64,000 nucleotides of DNA from NCBI GenBank assembly GCA_965366365.1, contig CBDUEV010000006.1, positions 1,429 to 65,428 on the forward strand, in the 5' to 3' direction. Origin of the DNA: an uncultured Acidimicrobiia bacterium. Lineage in GTDB: Bacteria; Actinomycetota; Acidimicrobiia; Spongiisociales; JAENVV01. This document shows, one piece after another, positions 40,850-49,922 of the stretch. Numbering within the stretch: the first letter of the stretch is position 1; each line of letters starts with the position of its first letter. Made by a program: the position numbers and the translations under genes. The notes below the pieces were generated by a model, which was not told the DNA's origin, made no database searches, and saw only the letters and a list, made by a program, of their open reading frames with translations.

Positions 40850-41427
40850 CCGCAAGTCGCGCCTCCGAAGATCGCGTTTTGGTGGATCGCTATCTCTCCG
40901 GGGACAGAGACGCGTTCGATCGGCTCATGGCTGCACACGAAGACCGCGTGTTCTCCGTGTGCCTGCGCGTCATGCGGGACCGCGAGGCGGCACTCGACGC
41001 CGTTCAGGAGACCTTCATCACGGTCTTTCGCAAGGCCCACATGTACAACGGTCAATCCGCTTTCTCCACCTGGCTGTACCGCGTGGCGGTCAACACGTGC
41101 TACGACCAGCTGCGAAAGGCGAAACGCCGGCGCACGGAACCGATTCCCGACGGTCGCGACCCGGCCGACCCGACGGTCGAGGACGAACTCACCGCCGTCG
41201 AACTCCGACCCGACCTCCAGGCTGCGCTCGCCACGCTCTCGGACGAGTTTCGCGACGCGGTCGTCCTGAGCGACCTCGAGGGGCTCCCCCTCTCCGAGGT
41301 CGGCGAGATACTGGGCGTACCGGTCGGGACCGTGAAATCCCGGGTCTTTCGGGGCCGGCGCCTGCTCGCCGATCAACTGAGGAACCTTCAGGCCAACCCG
41401 CAACGTCAGAGTGACGAAGATGCATAG
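40846..41427 (+). CDS. ECF RNA polymerase sigma factor (SigM-like by position)
   Basis: Sigma-70 region 2 (FDRLMAAHEDRVFSVCLRVMRD..AVQETFITVF) and region 4 (LSDEFRDAVVLSDLEGLPLSEVGEILGVPVGTVKSRVFRGR); ATGA overlap with the upstream gene. Confidence 0.85.
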   Translation: MTASRASEDRVLVDRYLSGDRDAFDRLMAAHEDRVFSVCLRVMRDREAALDAVQETFITVFRKAHMYNGQSAFSTWLYRVAVNTCYDQLRKAKRRRTEPIPDGRDPADPTVEDELTAVELRPDLQAALATLSDEFRDAVVLSDLEGLPLSEVGEILGVPVGTVKSRVFRGRRLLADQLRNLQANPQRQSDEDA

Positions 41428-42250
41428 CCACGATTTCGATCTCATCGCTCAGCTCGCCGAGGGCTCTCTTCTTGGTGACGACATTCGGGCCGCCGAGGCG
41501 GCAGTGGAGTCCTGTGACGAGTGCCGCCTCGAGTTCGAGGCCCAGTCGTTCATTCTGGGTGCGCTCTCCGACGTCGCGCCCGCCAGGTTGACCGACTTGG
41601 AGCGTGCCCGGCTGCACAGAACCGTCACGGAAGCCACGCTGGCGCCGGTCGTTCCCGAGCGGCAGCGCTCCGCTTTCTCGGTGTGGCTCCCCAAGCTGGC
41701 GATCGCCGCAGCCGCCGTGGCCTTCGTCGGCGTGGTCGGCGTCGGCATCCAAACCCGGGGCGCCAGTGACGAGGCCGCCTCGGGATTCGCCGCAGAAGAC
41801 TCTTCGCAAGAGGCAGGCGAATCAACGGCCATGGCAAGCGAGGAAGGAGCCATGGAGGCGGAATCCGCCCTGGCGGCCCCCACCGATGAGGCGCTCGCCT
41901 TCGACGAAACGCTCGAGGACGGAGCCGGCGCCGTGGCCTCCTCTGCCGCCCTGCTCCAGCCGCTCGACCTTGGCGTGATCAGCAGCCAGAGCTTCGAGGC
42001 CCTGACATTCGAGCGGGCTACACCGGGGGCAGTTCCGGCGCGGACGGGCGACCAGGTGCCGTTGGAGCCCTTTCCGTTCGCCTGTGTGGGAGCCGCGGTG
42101 GGGACCTATGGCGAGGAAGAAGACATGATCTTCGCCGGGGTTGCGGTTCTGGATGGCAGGGTGGTGGAGATCCTCGCCTTCAGCGATGAGATCGTCGCTC
42201 TCGACCCCAAGACCTGCACCCTCGTCGACAGCAACGTCATCGGTCGCTGA
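41420..42250 (+). CDS. anti-sigma factor (single-TM, CxxC-containing)
   Basis: Overlaps the sigma stop. N-terminal CDEC motif, a central TM (LPKLAIAAAAVAFVGVVGVGI) and an extracytoplasmic C-terminus; typical sigma/anti-sigma pairing. Confidence 0.6.
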   Translation: MHSHDFDLIAQLAEGSLLGDDIRAAEAAVESCDECRLEFEAQSFILGALSDVAPARLTDLERARLHRTVTEATLAPVVPERQRSAFSVWLPKLAIAAAAVAFVGVVGVGIQTRGASDEAASGFAAEDSSQEAGESTAMASEEGAMEAESALAAPTDEALAFDETLEDGAGAVASSAALLQPLDLGVISSQSFEALTFERATPGAVPARTGDQVPLEPFPFACVGAAVGTYGEEEDMIFAGVAVLDGRVVEILAFSDEIVALDPKTCTLVDSNVIGR

Positions 42251-42307
42251 CCCAAGCGGGTGATCCGGCGGGTGGGCCTGTCGGCGGTGGCTGGCTAGGC
42301 TGGCACG

Positions 42308-42586
42308 ATGGACGAATTCGCAGCAAGGTTCGCCGACAAACTGGAAGAGTACGCCGGCAAGGTACGCCTTCTCACGGTCGATCGAATCAACCGGATCCTC
42401 ACAATGACCGCTCTCGGCCTCGTCATGGCCTTTCTCGCTTTCGTGGCCATCCTGTTTGTGATCGTGGCTCTTTTCCGGTTGGTGGCGGTTTACACCACCG
42501 TCGAGGGGGCCTACGCCATATTCGGTGGATTATTCCTCCTCGCCGGCGCGTTGGTGTGGTGGAAGCGAAACGCCGAACCAACCTGA
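42308..42586 (+). CDS. small two-TM membrane protein
   Basis: 92 aa; amphipathic N-terminus then two TM helices. Confidence 0.45.
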   Translation: MDEFAARFADKLEEYAGKVRLLTVDRINRILTMTALGLVMAFLAFVAILFVIVALFRLVAVYTTVEGAYAIFGGLFLLAGALVWWKRNAEPT

Positions 42587-42593
42587 GGAAACC

Positions 42594-43514
42594 ATGACCG
42601 AGAACGTCATCATCATCGGCTCCGGCCCCGCCGGCTACACCGCCGCACTCTACGCCGCCCGTGCCAGCCTCGACCCACTCGTCTTCGAGGGAAGCCAACG
42701 AGGCGGTCAGCTCATGATCACCACCGATGTGGAGAACTACCCCGGGTTCCCCGACGGCATCATGGGGCCGGAGCTCATGGAGCACTTCCGCAAGCAGGCG
42801 GAACGTTTTGGGGCGCGACTCAAGACGGAGGACGTGACCAAAGTCGACCTCACCGAGCGTCCCTTCAAGGTTTGGGTGGGCGCCGACGAATACGAGGCGC
42901 ACACGGTCATCATCTCAACCGGAGCCAACGCACGCTGGCTGGGCGTTCCCGGCGAGGAGCGTCTCACCGGACGCGGCGTGAGTGCTTGCGCCACGTGTGA
43001 TGGGTTCTTCTTTCGAGATCGCCAGTTGATCGTTGTTGGCGGAGGTGACACCGCCATGGAGGAGGCCCTCTTCCTGACCAAGTTCGCCTCCAAGGTCTTC
43101 GTCGTCCATCGCCGCGACGAGTTCCGCGCTTCCAAGATCATGGCTCAGCGCGTCCTCGAGCATCCGAAGGTCGAAGTCGTCTGGAACGCCGTCGTCGAGG
43201 AAATCCTCGGCGAGGACGAGGTGACGGGCGCCGTCCTTCGGGACACCGTGACCAACGAAACACGGCAGATGAAGATCGACGGTGTGTTCGTGGCCATCGG
43301 CCACAAGCCCACGACGGAACTGTTCGATGGTCAGTTGAAGCTGACCGACACCGGCTATATCGACCTCGAGGGCCCTTCGACTGCCACCAACGTGGCGGGC
43401 GTCTTCGCGGCGGGTGACGTGGCCGATCATGTGTATCGTCAAGCCGTCACGGCGGCAGGCACCGGGTGTCGGGCCGCCATCGATGCCGAACGATGGCTCG
43501 CCGACCACGAGTAG
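42594..43514 (+). CDS. trxB: thioredoxin-disulfide reductase
   Basis: FAD GSGPAGYTAA, redox CATCDG, NADPH GGGDTAMEEA. Confidence 0.9.
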   Translation: MTENVIIIGSGPAGYTAALYAARASLDPLVFEGSQRGGQLMITTDVENYPGFPDGIMGPELMEHFRKQAERFGARLKTEDVTKVDLTERPFKVWVGADEYEAHTVIISTGANARWLGVPGEERLTGRGVSACATCDGFFFRDRQLIVVGGGDTAMEEALFLTKFASKVFVVHRRDEFRASKIMAQRVLEHPKVEVVWNAVVEEILGEDEVTGAVLRDTVTNETRQMKIDGVFVAIGHKPTTELFDGQLKLTDTGYIDLEGPSTATNVAGVFAAGDVADHVYRQAVTAAGTGCRAAIDAERWLADHE

Positions 43515-43539
43515 AACCCCACCAGATCAAGGAGTTGAC

Positions 43540-43866
43540 ATGGGAGACAACACACAGAACCTCACGGACGCGACATTCAAGGACGCCATTTCGTCGGCCA
43601 CCCCGGTCCTGGTCGATTTCTGGGCCGAATGGTGCGGACCGTGCCGGGCTGTCGCGCCGGTGCTCGACGCCATCGCGGCGGAGTACCCGGGCAAGATCTC
43701 GATTGCCAAACTCAATATCGATGACTTCCCGCAGCCGGCCGCCGACAACGGAGTGATGAGCATTCCCACCATGATCGTGTACAAGGAAGGCGTGGCGGTG
43801 AAGAAGATCGTCGGCGCCCGGTCCAAGGCGGACATGGTGAAAGAACTCTCCGACATCCTCGCCTAG
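43540..43866 (+). CDS. trxA: thioredoxin
   Basis: WCGPC active site; 108 aa. Confidence 0.9.
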   Translation: MGDNTQNLTDATFKDAISSATPVLVDFWAEWCGPCRAVAPVLDAIAAEYPGKISIAKLNIDDFPQPAADNGVMSIPTMIVYKEGVAVKKIVGARSKADMVKELSDILA

Positions 43867-44003
43867 TGGAGTCGGGCCACCATACCGGCCTCCGGTTGCG
43901 CCTGATGGACTGTCGCGACGGCGACTGTTCACGAGAACCACTTCGTCGGAATTGGTACTTATTTCCAGGCCGTGGGATCTTAGGGCCTGGGGGGAAACAC
44001 TGA

Positions 44004-45017
44004 ATGCGGCTGTATCGAACCGGGGACTCCGGGGGGCCGGTCCGCGATATTCAGCGACGGCTTGCGGCGGTGGGTCACTCGAGCCGGCCCGATCCTCCTG
44101 GAGAGTTCGGGCAGGGAACCGAGTCGGCCGTGCTGGCGTTTCAGGAGGAACGCGGCCTGGCGCGGGACGGTATCGTCGGCCCCGATACGTGGCGAGCGCT
44201 GTACGAAGCGGGCTACGCCCTCGGTGACCGCCTCCTCTTCTATCGCTCCCCCATGCTGCGCGGCGACGACGTCGCCGACCTTCAACGGCGACTCAACGAA
44301 TTCGGATTCGACGCCGACAAGGTCGACGGGGTCTTCGGTCCGCTCACCCATCGGGCGGTTCTCGACTTCGAAGCCAACCGGAGCATGGCAGAAGACGGCG
44401 TGGTCGGCCCACGGGTGATCGAAGAGTTGAAGGCGCTGCAACGAACGCCCCCACAAGCCGGTCGAGAACGGGTACGCGAGAGGGAGTGGCTGCGCGGGCT
44501 CCCCCGCACGGTGGTGGGGACCAGGATCTACCTCGATCCAGCCGGGTCGGAAGACGCCCTCGGCGCCGCCCTCTGGGACCTGACGACGGAAATCTTCGTC
44601 GGTTTCCAGAATTTAGGCGGCGTTCCGGTCCTTTCTCACAGCGTGGACGTGTCCCCGCCTGCCACGGTGCGGGCTCGTCGCGCCAATCGCCTCGGGGCGG
44701 ACCTGACGCTCTCGTTTCGAGCTCCCGGGCCGGAGGGAACCGGCATCTACTTTTTTCAGAGTCCGCACAGTAGAAGCGAGGCGGGATTCCTCCTGGCGTC
44801 GGTGTTGGCCGACGCGCTCGGTGTATCGATCAGCGGTCGCACCACGCCGATGCTCAAGAACACCCGCGCCCCCGCCGTCCTGATCGCCATCGAACCGACA
44901 CCGAAGATCGCCGACGCCGTATTGGCCGGGGTGTGCGATTTCTTCCGAAGGGCGGCCGAGGAGATGAAGACCCCCGACCCGAAGAACGCCGCAGTCGCGG
45001 CCACGCTCGAACCCTAG
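44004..45017 (+). CDS. cwlM: N-acetylmuramoyl-L-alanine amidase family regulator with two peptidoglycan-binding domains (CwlM-like)
   Basis: Two PG_binding_1 repeats (DIQRRLAAVGH.., DLQRRLNEFGF..) plus a C-terminal amidase_3 domain; conserved position after trxB-trxA. Confidence 0.8.
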   Translation: MRLYRTGDSGGPVRDIQRRLAAVGHSSRPDPPGEFGQGTESAVLAFQEERGLARDGIVGPDTWRALYEAGYALGDRLLFYRSPMLRGDDVADLQRRLNEFGFDADKVDGVFGPLTHRAVLDFEANRSMAEDGVVGPRVIEELKALQRTPPQAGRERVREREWLRGLPRTVVGTRIYLDPAGSEDALGAALWDLTTEIFVGFQNLGGVPVLSHSVDVSPPATVRARRANRLGADLTLSFRAPGPEGTGIYFFQSPHSRSEAGFLLASVLADALGVSISGRTTPMLKNTRAPAVLIAIEPTPKIADAVLAGVCDFFRRAAEEMKTPDPKNAAVAATLEP

Positions 45018-45027
45018 AAGGCCCCGA

Positions 45028-45894
45028 TCAGTAGAAAGCCCGGTAGATCCGTTCGAGGTCCTCGAGGGAGTTGTAACGGATCACGACACTTCCCTTGCTG
45101 TTGCGGTACTTGATGCTCACTTTGGTTTCCAGCTGCTCGGCGAGTCGTTGTTCGAGTTCCGAGATGGCAGCCGGCCGCAACTCTCGCGAGGTTGACGGCG
45201 GCACCTGCCCCGGCACCTCCGCGTGCGACTCTCGGTCTCTCACGGCCTCTTCGACTTGCCGTACCGACCAGCCTTCCTCGGCTGCCCTCTGCGCGACGTG
45301 CTCGGCGTATTTGCGGTCCTCCATACCCACCAGGGCGCGCGCCGCGCCGGCAGACAGCTCGCCGCGTTCGAGCAGACCTTGAATGGAGGCGGGAAGAGTC
45401 AGCAATCGCAGGGTGTTGGTCACGGCAGACCGGCTCTTGCCCACTCTGTCGCCGACCTCCTGGTGGGTTAACCCAAAATCTTCCAGGAGTTGCTCGTAGG
45501 CGGCGGCTTCTTCGAGTGGGCTCAGGTCTTGCCGCTGGACGTTCTCGATGAGGGCTTCCGTCAAGGAGGACCGGTCGTCGCCCGTTCTCACGACCACCGG
45601 AACCTCCGCCAGGCCGGCCTCCTTGGCGGCGCGAAGGCGTCTCTCGCCGGCGATCAGTTGATAGGAGCCTTCTTGCTCGGCCCTGCGAACGACCAGCGGC
45701 TGGAGGATGCCAACCTCCTTCACAGAGGCTGTTAACGAATCCAGAGCATCTTGATCAAATGTTGTGCGCGGTTGTTGGGGGTTGGGAGCGATCAGGTCGG
45801 TCGCAACTTTGGCGTACTCCCCCAGCTCGGGCTCTCCCTGGGGGATGAGGGCTTCGAGGCCTCGCCCCAAGCCGCTTCTCCGAGTTGCTCCCAT
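45028..45894 (-). CDS. parB: chromosome partitioning protein ParB
   Basis: GLGRGLEALIPQ N-terminus, ParB box GERRLRAAKEAG, HTH domain. Confidence 0.9.
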   Translation of the reverse strand: MGATRRSGLGRGLEALIPQGEPELGEYAKVATDLIAPNPQQPRTTFDQDALDSLTASVKEVGILQPLVVRRAEQEGSYQLIAGERRLRAAKEAGLAEVPVVVRTGDDRSSLTEALIENVQRQDLSPLEEAAAYEQLLEDFGLTHQEVGDRVGKSRSAVTNTLRLLTLPASIQGLLERGELSAGAARALVGMEDRKYAEHVAQRAAEEGWSVRQVEEAVRDRESHAEVPGQVPPSTSRELRPAAISELEQRLAEQLETKVSIKYRNSKGSVVIRYNSLEDLERIYRAFY

Positions 45895-45904
45895 CGTGTT
45901 CTCC

Positions 45905-46687
45905 CTACTCTCGCCCGTGGCGGCGTCGGAACTCTCGACCGAGCTCCCGGTATGCGATCGCTCCCCGACTCATCGGGTCGAAGGCCTCGATGGGTTCACC
46001 ATATGAGGGTGCCTCGCTGAGTCGAACTGACCTCGGAATCACCGTGCGATACGCCTGCTCCCCGAAAAAGGCTCGTACCTGGGCGGCGACATCTGCGGAG
46101 AGCTTGGTCCTAGCGTCATACATCGTCAGGACGGCGCCACCGATCTCGAGGTCCGGATTGAGGTTTCCCTGCACCAGTTCAACATTCCGAAGGAGTTGGC
46201 TGAGTCCCTCCAGTGCGTAGTACTCGCTCTGGATGGGAATCAAGACCTCGTCTGCAGCGGCAAAGGCATTGATCGTCAGGAGGCCCAGTGAGGGCGGGCA
46301 ATCGATGAGCACGAAGTCGTACTCTCCCATCACTCCCTTCAGGGCATTGCGGAGCCGTTGTTCCCGCGAGAAGACCGAGACCAGCTCGATCTCGGCGCCG
46401 GCGAGGTCGATGGTCGCCGGTACGACATAGAGGTTCCGAACGCTGGTCGGCTCGACGGCGTCCTCGATAGGCTGTTCCTGCAGCAACACGTCATAGATCG
46501 ACAATTCGATTGTGGAACGGTCCACCCCAAGGCCCGAAGTGGCGTTTCCCTGCGGGTCGAGATCCACGAGGAGGATCCGTTCACCCTGAAAGGCCAAAGC
46601 AGCGGCAAGGTTGATGGAGGTCGTTGATTTGCCGACGCCGCCCTTCTGGTTGGCGAGTGCGACGATACGAGTCTGGCGTTCGCTCAC
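45905..46687 (-). CDS. parA: chromosome partitioning ATPase ParA/Soj
   Basis: Deviant Walker A NQKGGVGKSTT. Start chosen at the GTG that makes a GTGA overlap with the rsmG stop; the track start 46711 would overlap rsmG by 28 nt. Confidence 0.85.
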   Translation of the reverse strand: MSERQTRIVALANQKGGVGKSTTSINLAAALAFQGERILLVDLDPQGNATSGLGVDRSTIELSIYDVLLQEQPIEDAVEPTSVRNLYVVPATIDLAGAEIELVSVFSREQRLRNALKGVMGEYDFVLIDCPPSLGLLTINAFAAADEVLIPIQSEYYALEGLSQLLRNVELVQGNLNPDLEIGGAVLTMYDARTKLSADVAAQVRAFFGEQAYRTVIPRSVRLSEAPSYGEPIEAFDPMSRGAIAYRELGREFRRRHGRE

Positions 46688-47316
46688 GATCGCGCCATGA
46701 TAAGCAACCACGCGCGAAGGTCAAGGACCTTTACCTCCTCGACCGTCCCGGTCAGGCCTGCCGCCTCAGTGGCCAAGAGGAGTTCGGCCGCATTGGTGGG
46801 GGCCTGTGTCCGGCTCAGACCAACCACGCTTCTCCCTCCGGGGTGCAGAAGCGGTGCAACGACAGAAGGTGCCTCGACGGGGGGGAGCACTGCCCTCATC
46901 ACCACCGCTTCATACTGATCCCGGTGGGAGTGCACATCGGCCTGCAAAGCGGAGACGTTGGCGAGTCCGAGGACCCGGATCGCCCGTCGGGCCAGGTCAT
47001 ATCGCCGGCCGGACCGGTCCAGGAGCACCACCTGTGCCTCGGGCCACACGATTCCCAGGACCAACCCAGGGAGCCCGACACCCGAGCCGATGTCCAGCAC
47101 CGTGGCCGGGGCGGTACCCCGCCACGGACGGGCAAACAACACGGAATCTGCCAGGTGGCGCTCCTCGAGCAAGTCAACCTCGCTGGGTCCGACGCCGCCT
47201 GCTTCCACCGCCTCGGTTGCCAGCCAATGCTGAAGCTTCTCCATGGAACTCCACTGCCGGTCGTCCAGCGTGAGTCCGGCGTCTGCCAGGGCGGCTTCGA
47301 TCGGTGCTCTTTCCAT
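46684..47316 (-). CDS. rsmG: 16S rRNA (guanine527-N7)-methyltransferase
   Basis: SAM motif VLDIGSGVGLPGLVL; conserved position upstream of parAB. Confidence 0.85.
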   Translation of the reverse strand: MERAPIEAALADAGLTLDDRQWSSMEKLQHWLATEAVEAGGVGPSEVDLLEERHLADSVLFARPWRGTAPATVLDIGSGVGLPGLVLGIVWPEAQVVLLDRSGRRYDLARRAIRVLGLANVSALQADVHSHRDQYEAVVMRAVLPPVEAPSVVAPLLHPGGRSVVGLSRTQAPTNAAELLLATEAAGLTGTVEEVKVLDLRAWLLIMARS

Positions 47317-47367
47317 CGGGCGATGATAGCCAGCCGGAGCCGAAATCCGGTGTCCGCCATGTGTTTC

Positions 47368-47381
47368 GTTTCACGTGAAAC
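47368..47381. promoter_or_regulatory. parS centromere site 1 (GTTTCACGTGAAAC, perfect palindrome)
   Basis: 14/14 match to the core of the parS consensus tGTTTCACGTGAAACa; lies in the rsmG-parA-parB promoter region. Confidence 0.8.
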
Positions 47382-47403
47382 CTCAACCGAGCGTCTAGCC
47401 AGC

Positions 47404-47417
47404 GTTTCACGTGAAAC
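47404..47417. promoter_or_regulatory. parS centromere site 2 (GTTTCACGTGAAAC)
   Basis: Identical second copy 36 bp from the first. Confidence 0.8.
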
Positions 47418-47424
47418 GCGAGAA

Positions 47425-47450
47425 GGGGGCCGATCGGCCCCCTTCTTCGG
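47425..47450 (-). terminator. candidate intrinsic terminator downstream of jag (yidC-jag operon)
   Basis: GGGGGCCGATCGGCCCCC hairpin with a perfect 7-bp stem, followed on the minus strand by a TTCTCGCGTTTC pyrimidine-rich tract. Confidence 0.5.
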
Positions 47451-47468
47451 TCTCCTGAGCGATGGCGA

Positions 47469-48341
47469 TCACTCCGGGCTGATAACCACGCTGCGGCGCG
47501 GCTCTTCGCCCTCCGAATACGAGCGCACCCCGTCGAGCGCCTGTACGGCGTCGTGGATCACCTTGCGGTCGGCCGGATTCATGGGCTCCAGCATCACTTC
47601 CGCCCCATCCTCCCGCACTTGTTCGGCCAGGCGACCGGCATAGATGGCGAGAGCCTCCCGACGTCGCTCGCCGTAGCCGGCAATATCCAGCCGGAGTCGC
47701 ACGTTTTCGTGCGTCTGCCGCTGGACAACCGTCCGCGCCAGCTCGTGGACCGATTGCATGATCGAGCCTTTTGGCCCCACAAGCGCCTCCGTTTGCTCGC
47801 CGCTCACGTTGGCGTGGATGATATCGTCCTCGTCGGCGGAGGCGGTCACCGTGCCTTCCAAGCCAAACGCATCGAGCAATCCAACGAGAAACTCCCTGAC
47901 GACCTCTGCTTGTTCTTCGCGCGTCACGGATGGCTCCTCGTTCTTGGTCGACGCCCCGGCGTTCGATGAACCCGAGTCCTTGTTCGCCTGTGCAGGCCGG
48001 TTGCTTCTTTGGTCACGGCCCTGCGAGCTGCCCTGTTGTTTCCGTTCGGGCCTACCTTGTTTGCCGCCGCTGCGGTCTCTTCCTTGGTTTTGCCCTCTTT
48101 CTGAGGTTTTGGGGCTTTCGCGGTTGGAGTCGTCGCGACCTTTGCCTCGGTTTCGGCGCCGGCGCTTGGGCTTTGCCTTCACCTGAACCACGGCTTGCTT
48201 GGCGCCCATCCCGAGGAAGCCCCGTTCGGGCTCCTGGATCACTTTGACGTCAGCCTGCTTCTCCGACTCCAGCCCGAGTTCTTCGATTGCTGCCTGGACA
48301 GCGATCTCGACCGTCTTTCCTCGTACTTCTACCCACTCCAC
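47469..48341 (-). CDS. jag: Jag/KhpB RNA-binding protein (Jag_N, KH, R3H domains)
   Basis: Jag N-terminus MEWVEVRGKTVEIAVQAAIEELG, a Lys/Arg/Gly-rich linker, C-terminal KH and R3H (VMLEPMNPADRKVIHDAV). Confidence 0.8.
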   Translation of the reverse strand: MEWVEVRGKTVEIAVQAAIEELGLESEKQADVKVIQEPERGFLGMGAKQAVVQVKAKPKRRRRNRGKGRDDSNRESPKTSERGQNQGRDRSGGKQGRPERKQQGSSQGRDQRSNRPAQANKDSGSSNAGASTKNEEPSVTREEQAEVVREFLVGLLDAFGLEGTVTASADEDDIIHANVSGEQTEALVGPKGSIMQSVHELARTVVQRQTHENVRLRLDIAGYGERRREALAIYAGRLAEQVREDGAEVMLEPMNPADRKVIHDAVQALDGVRSYSEGEEPRRSVVISPE

Positions 48342-48346
48342 GATAT

Positions 48347-49180
48347 CTAATTCCTCCTCCGCCGCTGGCGCTTTTTGGCGGACCCTTGCACCTTCTTGGG
48401 TGTCTGGGGCCCTTCCTTCGGCTCGGCCTTTGCCTCCTCGGTTCCCGTTTCGGGGGGAGTGGGCCGGCCGTCGATCTTGTAGATGACGGCCTGTTGGCCG
48501 AGCCGGAAAACGTTTGATGTGGCCCAGTACACGATCAACCCTGCCTGGAAGTTCCAGGCAAAGATACCAAACATGAAGGGCAGGAACTTGGTGATGTTCT
48601 GGGTCATCTGGACCTGCGGGTTCGAGGCGTCTTGAGGGGTGGCCGCCTGGGTATAGGCTTGCTGGAGGAATTGGCCACCCACCATGACCAGGATGGCGAG
48701 AATATACGGCAGCGTCGTGAGCAGGCCCGCACCAAAGGCGGCGCTTGGTGTCTGGGTGAGATCCATACCGAGCCAGACGGTGTTACCGGCTTCGATCGTG
48801 TCGTGAAGGGCAGAACTGGCCGGTATGAACTCGAGAGGCGTCCTGAGGAGCCGGAACAGGGCGAACCAAATCGGCATCTGAACCAGCATCGGCCCCAGGC
48901 ACCCGGTCGGGCTCGCTCCGTGCTCTCGTTGGAGCTTGATCATCTCCTCCTGGAGTTTCTTCGGGTCTTCCTTGTGCTCCGCCTGGACCTTTCGGACTTC
49001 AGGCTGCATCTGACTGAACGCCCGGGTGGCGCGGGTCTGCTTCAGCGTCAACGGAAAGAGGACGAGGTTGATCAGAAGAGTGAGGCCGATAATGGACCAC
49101 CCGAAGTCCGGAACAAGGTCGTAGAGAAAGGCGAGGATCAAGCCGAGGGGATCGGCGATGGTCTTGAGAATGCCGTCCAT
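48347..49180 (-). CDS. yidC: membrane protein insertase YidC
   Basis: Short actinobacterial-type YidC with a 5-TM core and basic C-terminal tail. Confidence 0.85.
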   Translation of the reverse strand: MDGILKTIADPLGLILAFLYDLVPDFGWSIIGLTLLINLVLFPLTLKQTRATRAFSQMQPEVRKVQAEHKEDPKKLQEEMIKLQREHGASPTGCLGPMLVQMPIWFALFRLLRTPLEFIPASSALHDTIEAGNTVWLGMDLTQTPSAAFGAGLLTTLPYILAILVMVGGQFLQQAYTQAATPQDASNPQVQMTQNITKFLPFMFGIFAWNFQAGLIVYWATSNVFRLGQQAVIYKIDGRPTPPETGTEEAKAEPKEGPQTPKKVQGSAKKRQRRRRN

Positions 49181-49455
49181 CAGCCGACGGCTCCGTCGAG
49201 TTCCGTCACCGGAGCGTCACCGGTCGGGACCGGGTCGTACCCACCTTCATGCCAGGGATGGCACCGTGCCAAGCGCCGGCTTCCCATGAATACGCCCCTG
49301 ATCACACCGAATCTCCCGATCGCTTCGTACGTGTATCGGGAGCACGTGGGTTCGTATCGGCAGTTCTTACCCAACGACGGCGATACCAGATTCTGGTAGG
49401 CCTTGATCAAGCCGCGGGCCAGTCGTGCCGGCGGAGCAACTCTCGTTTCAGGCAT
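49180..49455 (-). CDS. yidD: membrane protein insertion efficiency factor YidD
   Basis: [31 protein letters not shown] motif. Start set at Met16 of the track ORF to avoid a 53-nt overlap with rnpA. Confidence 0.75.
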   Translation of the reverse strand: MPETRVAPPARLARGLIKAYQNLVSPSLGKNCRYEPTCSRYTYEAIGRFGVIRGVFMGSRRLARCHPWHEGGYDPVPTGDAPVTELDGAVG

Positions 49456-49819
49456 TTCCAGCTTCTTCCATATCGGTGTTTCCGCCCAGGCCCTGTTCAA
49501 CCCACCTCAGAAGGGCGGGAAAGGGTGCGGTGACCACACTCTTCGACGCAATCATTACGTAATCCTTGCCTCGAGGCAGGCCCACTTCTCGAACGGCCTC
49601 ACGCAGTCTTCGCTTGGCCCGGTTGCGAGCCACCGCATTGCCCACCTTCTTGGTGGTGACGATTCCCACGCGGCCGGTCTCGGAATCTGCAGGTGCCTCG
49701 ATCACCAAGAGGCCCCCTGACCTACGACGGGCTCCCATCTTGAAAACCCGCTGAAAGTCGCTGTTGGCACGAAGAAATCCGACGTCGCTACGCGGCGAGG
49801 CGCTGCCGACCTTTGTCAC
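49448..49819 (-). CDS. rnpA: ribonuclease P protein component
   Basis: Conserved [13 protein letters not shown]-terminal motif and basic RNR-like region [10 protein letters not shown]. The ATG start overlaps the rpmH 3' end by ~32 nt; no alternative start codon precedes the conserved motif. Confidence 0.8.
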   Translation of the reverse strand: MTKVGSASPRSDVGFLRANSDFQRVFKMGARRRSGGLLVIEAPADSETGRVGIVTTKKVGNAVARNRAKRRLREAVREVGLPRGKDYVMIASKSVVTAPFPALLRWVEQGLGGNTDMEEAGNA

Positions 49820-49922
49820 GACGGCGCTTGAGGGTGGCCCGACCGGCTCGGGTCCGCATTTTCGAACGAAAGCCGTGCTTACGCTTGCGACGGCGCGTGT
49901 TTGGTTGATAGGTCCGCTTCAT
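49788..49922 (-). CDS. rpmH: 50S ribosomal protein L34
   Basis: [44 protein letters not shown], 44 aa, near-universal sequence. Confidence 0.9.
   Translation of the reverse strand: MKRTYQPNTRRRKRKHGFRSKMRTRAGRATLKRRRDKGRQRLAA

Noticed and set aside
46711-46711. Track start of parA at 46711 (28-nt overlap into rsmG)
   Set aside because: A GTG eight codons downstream forms the canonical GTGA stop/start overlap with rsmG and leaves the usual ~12 residues before the Walker A motif, so the shorter form is preferred.
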